Shown here in pieces: positions 60,393-64,000 of a stretch of DNA of 64,000 nt. The position numbers and the translations under genes were made by a program. Below the pieces are notes generated by a model. It was given only the letters and a program-made list of their open reading frames with translations. It made no database searches and was not told the DNA's origin. The stretch is from an uncultured Holophagales bacterium (GTDB lineage Bacteria > Acidobacteriota > Thermoanaerobaculia > Multivoradales > UBA5704): the NCBI GenBank assembly GCA_963842525.1, contig CAWJGT010000019.1, forward strand, positions 1 through 64,000, read 5' to 3'. Numbering within the stretch: the stretch's first letter is position 1; each line of letters begins with the position of its first letter.

Positions 60393-61850
60393 ATGCTGAA
60401 AGAACGAGCCCGGATCCTCGCGGTCACCGTTTTCCTGCTCGACCTGTCTCTCGTCTCCGCCGCCTTCCTGGCGGCATACTGGGTGCGCGACGCGGTCCTG
60501 CCATGGCTCGCGCATGGCACGTTCCCGAGCCGGCTGTACCCTCTGAGCGAGTACCTCCCGCTGCTGCCGCTGGCGGCGGTGATCTGGGGAATTCTGCTGC
60601 TGCTCTCCGGCCGCTACCGCTCGCACCGGACCGCGCCCCTCCTCGACGAGGCGTGGGCGATCATCCGGGTCTGCGCCTCCGGGGCGGTGGTCTTCACGCT
60701 GCTGCTCTATGCCGCGCGCATCGACGAGCAGCTCCTCGGCAACGACCAGATCAGCCGTTTCTGGATCCTCCTTTTCGCAATTTTCTCCGTCCTCTTCCTG
60801 CTCAGCGAGAAGCTGGCGCTGCGCATCACCGCCCGCTATGCCCGGGTGCACGGGTTCAACTACCGGACGGTGCTGATCGTCGGCACCGGCCCCGATGCGC
60901 TCAAGATCGCCGACTCGATCCACGGCCACCGCTACTGGGGGTTCCGCATCCTCGGCTTCATCGCCAACGGCAGCCCGGTCCCCGACGAGCTGCGGAGGGG
61001 CCGCTACCAGGTGCTGGGCGAGGTCGACGACATCCCCCGGATCGTCGAGAGCAATGTGGTCGACGACGTCATCTTCGCCGTCCACCGGCGGGAGCTGGAC
61101 CGGCTGGAGGACCTGTTCCTGAGCCTCCAGGAGCAGGGCATCCGCACCCGCTTCGCCATGGACCTCTTCCCGCACACCCGGGCCCGCGTGCAGCTCGAGG
61201 AGCTGGACGGCATGCCGCTGCTGAGCTTCGCGACGGTCCCGACGAGCCAGATCCAGCTCATGGCCAAGCGCGCCGTGGACGTTGCCATTGCCCTGCTCCT
61301 GCTGGTGCTCGGCCTGCCGATGGCGCTGTTCATCGCTCTGGCGGTCAAGATCACCTCGGGCGGCAACGTGCTGTTCCGCCAGACCCGGTGCGGGCTCAAC
61401 GGCCGGTTTTTCACTTTGTACAAGTTCCGCACGATGGTCGAGGGCGCCGAGGAGCGCCGCCGCGAGCTGATGCACCTCAATGAGATGAACGGGCCGGTAT
61501 TCAAGCTGCGCAGCGATCCGCGGGTGACCTGGCTCGGCCGCTTCCTGCGCCGCTTCAGCCTGGACGAGCTGCCGCAGCTCTGGAACGTGCTGCGCGGCGA
61601 CATGAGCCTGGTCGGGCCGCGCCCGCCGATCCCCGAGGAGGTGGCCAAGTACCAGCGCTGGCAGCGCCGCCGCCTCGCCATGAAGCCGGGCATGACCTGT
61701 CTCTGGCAGGTCAGCGGGCGCAACGAGCTGGACTTCGACCGCTGGATGCAGCTCGACCTCGAATACATCGACTCCTGGTCGCCGATGCTCGATCTCAAGA
61801 TCCTGCTGCGGACGATTCCGGCCGTGCTCAGTGGGAAGGGCGCGTCGTAG
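60393..61850 (+). CDS. Initiating polyprenyl glycosylphosphotransferase (WcaJ/WbaP family)
   Basis: KRAVD, QTRCG, YKFRTM, DPRVT, SLDELPQLWNV, SLVGPRP and KPGMT. Confidence 0.95.
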   Translation: MLKERARILAVTVFLLDLSLVSAAFLAAYWVRDAVLPWLAHGTFPSRLYPLSEYLPLLPLAAVIWGILLLLSGRYRSHRTAPLLDEAWAIIRVCASGAVVFTLLLYAARIDEQLLGNDQISRFWILLFAIFSVLFLLSEKLALRITARYARVHGFNYRTVLIVGTGPDALKIADSIHGHRYWGFRILGFIANGSPVPDELRRGRYQVLGEVDDIPRIVESNVVDDVIFAVHRRELDRLEDLFLSLQEQGIRTRFAMDLFPHTRARVQLEELDGMPLLSFATVPTSQIQLMAKRAVDVAIALLLLVLGLPMALFIALAVKITSGGNVLFRQTRCGLNGRFFTLYKFRTMVEGAEERRRELMHLNEMNGPVFKLRSDPRVTWLGRFLRRFSLDELPQLWNVLRGDMSLVGPRPPIPEEVAKYQRWQRRRLAMKPGMTCLWQVSGRNELDFDRWMQLDLEYIDSWSPMLDLKILLRTIPAVLSGKGAS

Positions 61851-62018
61851 CCCCCTCCCCCGTCCCCTCCCCCGCGCGGCCCCCACACGCCCACCCCGAG
61901 CGGGAGTGGGGCGCCCCCACCCACCCCTTAAAAGCAGGCTCTCTTGCTGGTTTCCCCCTCTCCCGCTCGGGGCGGGGGGCCGGGGGCCGCGCGGGGGAGG
62001 GGGTCAGGGGGAGGGGGT
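61851..62018. repeat. Inverted pair of GC-rich palindromic repeats between convergent genes
   Basis: 61851-61895 is inverted relative to 61954-62018, which matches 6235-6295 and contains the pdxA stop codon. Confidence 0.75.
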
Positions 62019-63038
62019 TTTCCTAGGAAGTCTCCCCTCGATCAACCCCAGAGTCGTCTCCACCACCGCCTGAAGCGGCCCAACGTCCGCCTTGCCGGTG
62101 CCGGCGAGGGCGAAGGCTGTGCCGTGGTCGACCGAGGTGCGCAGGAAGGGGAGGCCGAGGGTCCAGTTGGTGGCCAGGCCGAAGGCGGCGGTCTTGACCG
62201 CGATCAGGCCCTGGTCGTGGTAGAGGGCGAGGACCCAGTCGTGCTCGCCGCGCCGGGCGCGGGCGAAGAGGGAGTCGGCGCTCTCCGGGCCGTGGACGTC
62301 GATGGCGCGCTCGCGGGCCGCGGCCACCGCCGGCGCGAGCACGCGGCCGTCCTCCTCCCCCAGGAGCCCTCCCTCTCCGGCGTGCGGGTTGAGGCCGGCC
62401 AGGGCGATCTTCCCTCCGGCATGGCGGTGGAGGCAGTCGAGCGCCTGGCCGAGCAGAGGCTCCCGGATCGCCTCCAGGGCGTCGCGCAGCGGGAGGTGGA
62501 CGGTGAGCAGCGCCACCTGGAGGTCGGGGGCCAGGAAGGCCATCAGGTAGTCGCGGCCGTAGCGCTCCAGGCCGCAGGCCTCGGCCAGATAGTCCGTATG
62601 ACCCCTGAAATCGGGCAGGCATTGGCGGGCGATCGACTCCTTGCTGACCGGCGCGGTGACCAGGGCGTCCGCCACGCCGGAGCGGACCAGCGCCATGCCG
62701 GCGTCGAGGGCCGCCAGGGCGCCGGCGGCGTCGGCCGGGCCCGAGGCGCCGAACGCGAGGCTGCGCCGGGAGCCGACCGGATCGAGCACCGGGATGCCGT
62801 CCAGGCGCTCCAGCTCCTCGCGGGAGGGCGGCGCGTCCAGGTAGAGCAGGCGGTCCCAGGGGATGCCCGCGTCGGACAGCACCGGCCGCAGCGGCTCCAG
62901 CGCCGCGCGCTCGGCGACGAGGAGCGGCTCCCATCCCGGCGCGGCGCTGGAAGGAGAGGCCAGCAGCTTGAGGAGGATCTCCGGCCCGATGCCCGCAGGG
63001 TCACCCTGCGTCAGGGCGAGGCGAGAACGCCGGCTCAT
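62004..63038 (-). CDS. pdxA: 4-hydroxythreonine-4-phosphate dehydrogenase PdxA
   Basis: GDPAGIGPE, TAPVSK, GHT, GLNPHAGE, YHDQG and RTSVDHGTA. Confidence 0.96.
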   Translation of the reverse strand: MSRRSRLALTQGDPAGIGPEILLKLLASPSSAAPGWEPLLVAERAALEPLRPVLSDAGIPWDRLLYLDAPPSREELERLDGIPVLDPVGSRRSLAFGASGPADAAGALAALDAGMALVRSGVADALVTAPVSKESIARQCLPDFRGHTDYLAEACGLERYGRDYLMAFLAPDLQVALLTVHLPLRDALEAIREPLLGQALDCLHRHAGGKIALAGLNPHAGEGGLLGEEDGRVLAPAVAAARERAIDVHGPESADSLFARARRGEHDWVLALYHDQGLIAVKTAAFGLATNWTLGLPFLRTSVDHGTAFALAGTGKADVGPLQAVVETTLGLIEGRLPRKTPSP

Positions 63039-63063
63039 GAGGTCCGTGCGAAAAGAGGGTGGA

Positions 63064-63409
63064 TCAGGCGCGGTCCGCGATCTCGCCGTTGTTGACCTTC
63101 CTGCGCTGCCGCTTCAGCTCTTCCTCTTTGAACATGTAGCGGATGTACTGCTTCTGGATCAGGAGATTGGGGCCGCTGTGCCGGTTGAGCTTGATCGCCC
63201 CCTTGTCGTACCACTCGATCCATCCGCGCAGCTCTTCGCCGCCGTCGAGGATGACCACCATCGGCGTCTTCGACGCCATCTGCTTGAGGTAGTAGAACTC
63301 CTCGGCGTTGGTCTGCTCGGGCGGCGATCTGTTTACGGCGCACGCTGCGCGAGGGGAGCTCCTTCTTGAGCTCGTTCATATCCGGGCGGATCAGTTTCCG
63401 GTTGGCCAT
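63064..63409 (-). CDS. hfq: Hfq/Sm-like RNA chaperone with N-terminal extension (indel near 63325)
   Basis: [45 protein letters not shown]...[11 protein letters not shown] fits the Sm1/Sm2 pattern. Confidence 0.75.
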
Positions 63410-64000
63410 TTTGGGTTCCATGGACCGTATGCCAGTCTCGAGCGGGAGCGGCGGCGGACCGAAGGTCCGGGTTCCGCCCCTTGTACTGTTCGTCCTCGTA
63501 GGCCAGGCAGCAAAGGAGCCGCCCGCACTGGCCCGAGATCTTCGACGGATTGAGGCTCAGGTTCTGCCGCTTCGCCATCTGGATCGAGATCGGCCGGAAG
63601 TCCTTCAGCCAGGTCGAGCAGCAGAGCGTGCGCCCGCAGACGCCGATGCCGCCGATCAGGCCGGCCTCGTCCCGGGCGCCCACCTGGACCATCTTCACCC
63701 GCACCGAAAAGCGGGTCGACAGGTCGCGCACCAGTTGTCGGAAGTCCACTCTGCCTTCAGACGTGAAGTAAAAAGTCGCCTTCTTGCCATTGAAGGAGAA
63801 GTCGACCAGGGAGACCTTCATGTCGAGCCCGAGGGCGCGCGACCGCTCCTGCGCGTAGAGCTTGCCCTGTCATCTCGCTCTGGCACTGGCGCTCGTAGGC
63901 CGCCTTGTCCGCCTCGTCGGCCGCCCGCACGATCGGCCGGGCGCTCGACTTCTGGCACGGCTTGAACACCGGCATCGGAGACTGCTCGACGTGGCCGTAG
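63333..64000 (-). CDS. ricT: RicT/YaaT (PSP1) Fe-S family protein, 5'-truncated by the window edge; indels present
   Basis: [58 protein letters not shown]. 3' end approximate. Confidence 0.92.

Overview
GC-rich bacterial chromosomal window. Gene content (ELWxxDGT proteins, IPTL-CTERM peptidase, extended Hfq-like protein) suggests Acidobacteriota/Thermoanaerobaculia, which is an inference. The backbone carries tex, an ECF sigma/anti-sigma/PDZ operon, a fused 2-oxoacid dehydrogenase E1, a Ser/Thr kinase, kmo, a moaD-moaE fusion, an mccB-like carboxylase, cysteine synthase, srkA, a GspE-like ATPase, ettA, a glycosylation cluster, pdxA, an hfq-like gene and ricT. Accessory genes interrupt it: a giant M23 peptidase with a partner gene, UPF0175/PIN toxin-antitoxin remnants, an intact ISAzo13-family IS, two ELWxxDGT proteins, a single-chain RM enzyme and an amidohydrolase. 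Four signals stand out. (1) Several accessory inserts are bordered by short copies of nearby host genes (mccB 3' end x3, srkA 5' end, ELWxxDGT 5' end, gspE, GT-C/GT2). The copies differ mainly at synonymous positions, are sometimes internally scrambled, and no integrase is in view, which suggests repeated homology-anchored additive capture of DNA from relatives. (2) Two structurally parallel sRNA-like units with identical AAC-N18-GTCTA ECF-type promoters flank the S8 peptidase. (3) A 21/42-bp phased array contains a palindrome with compensatory changes. (4) REP-like palindromes are translated inside several proteins and are truncated at rearrangement junctions. About ten genes carry single-base frameshifts, most likely long-read errors. 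No rRNA, tRNA or CRISPR array was seen.
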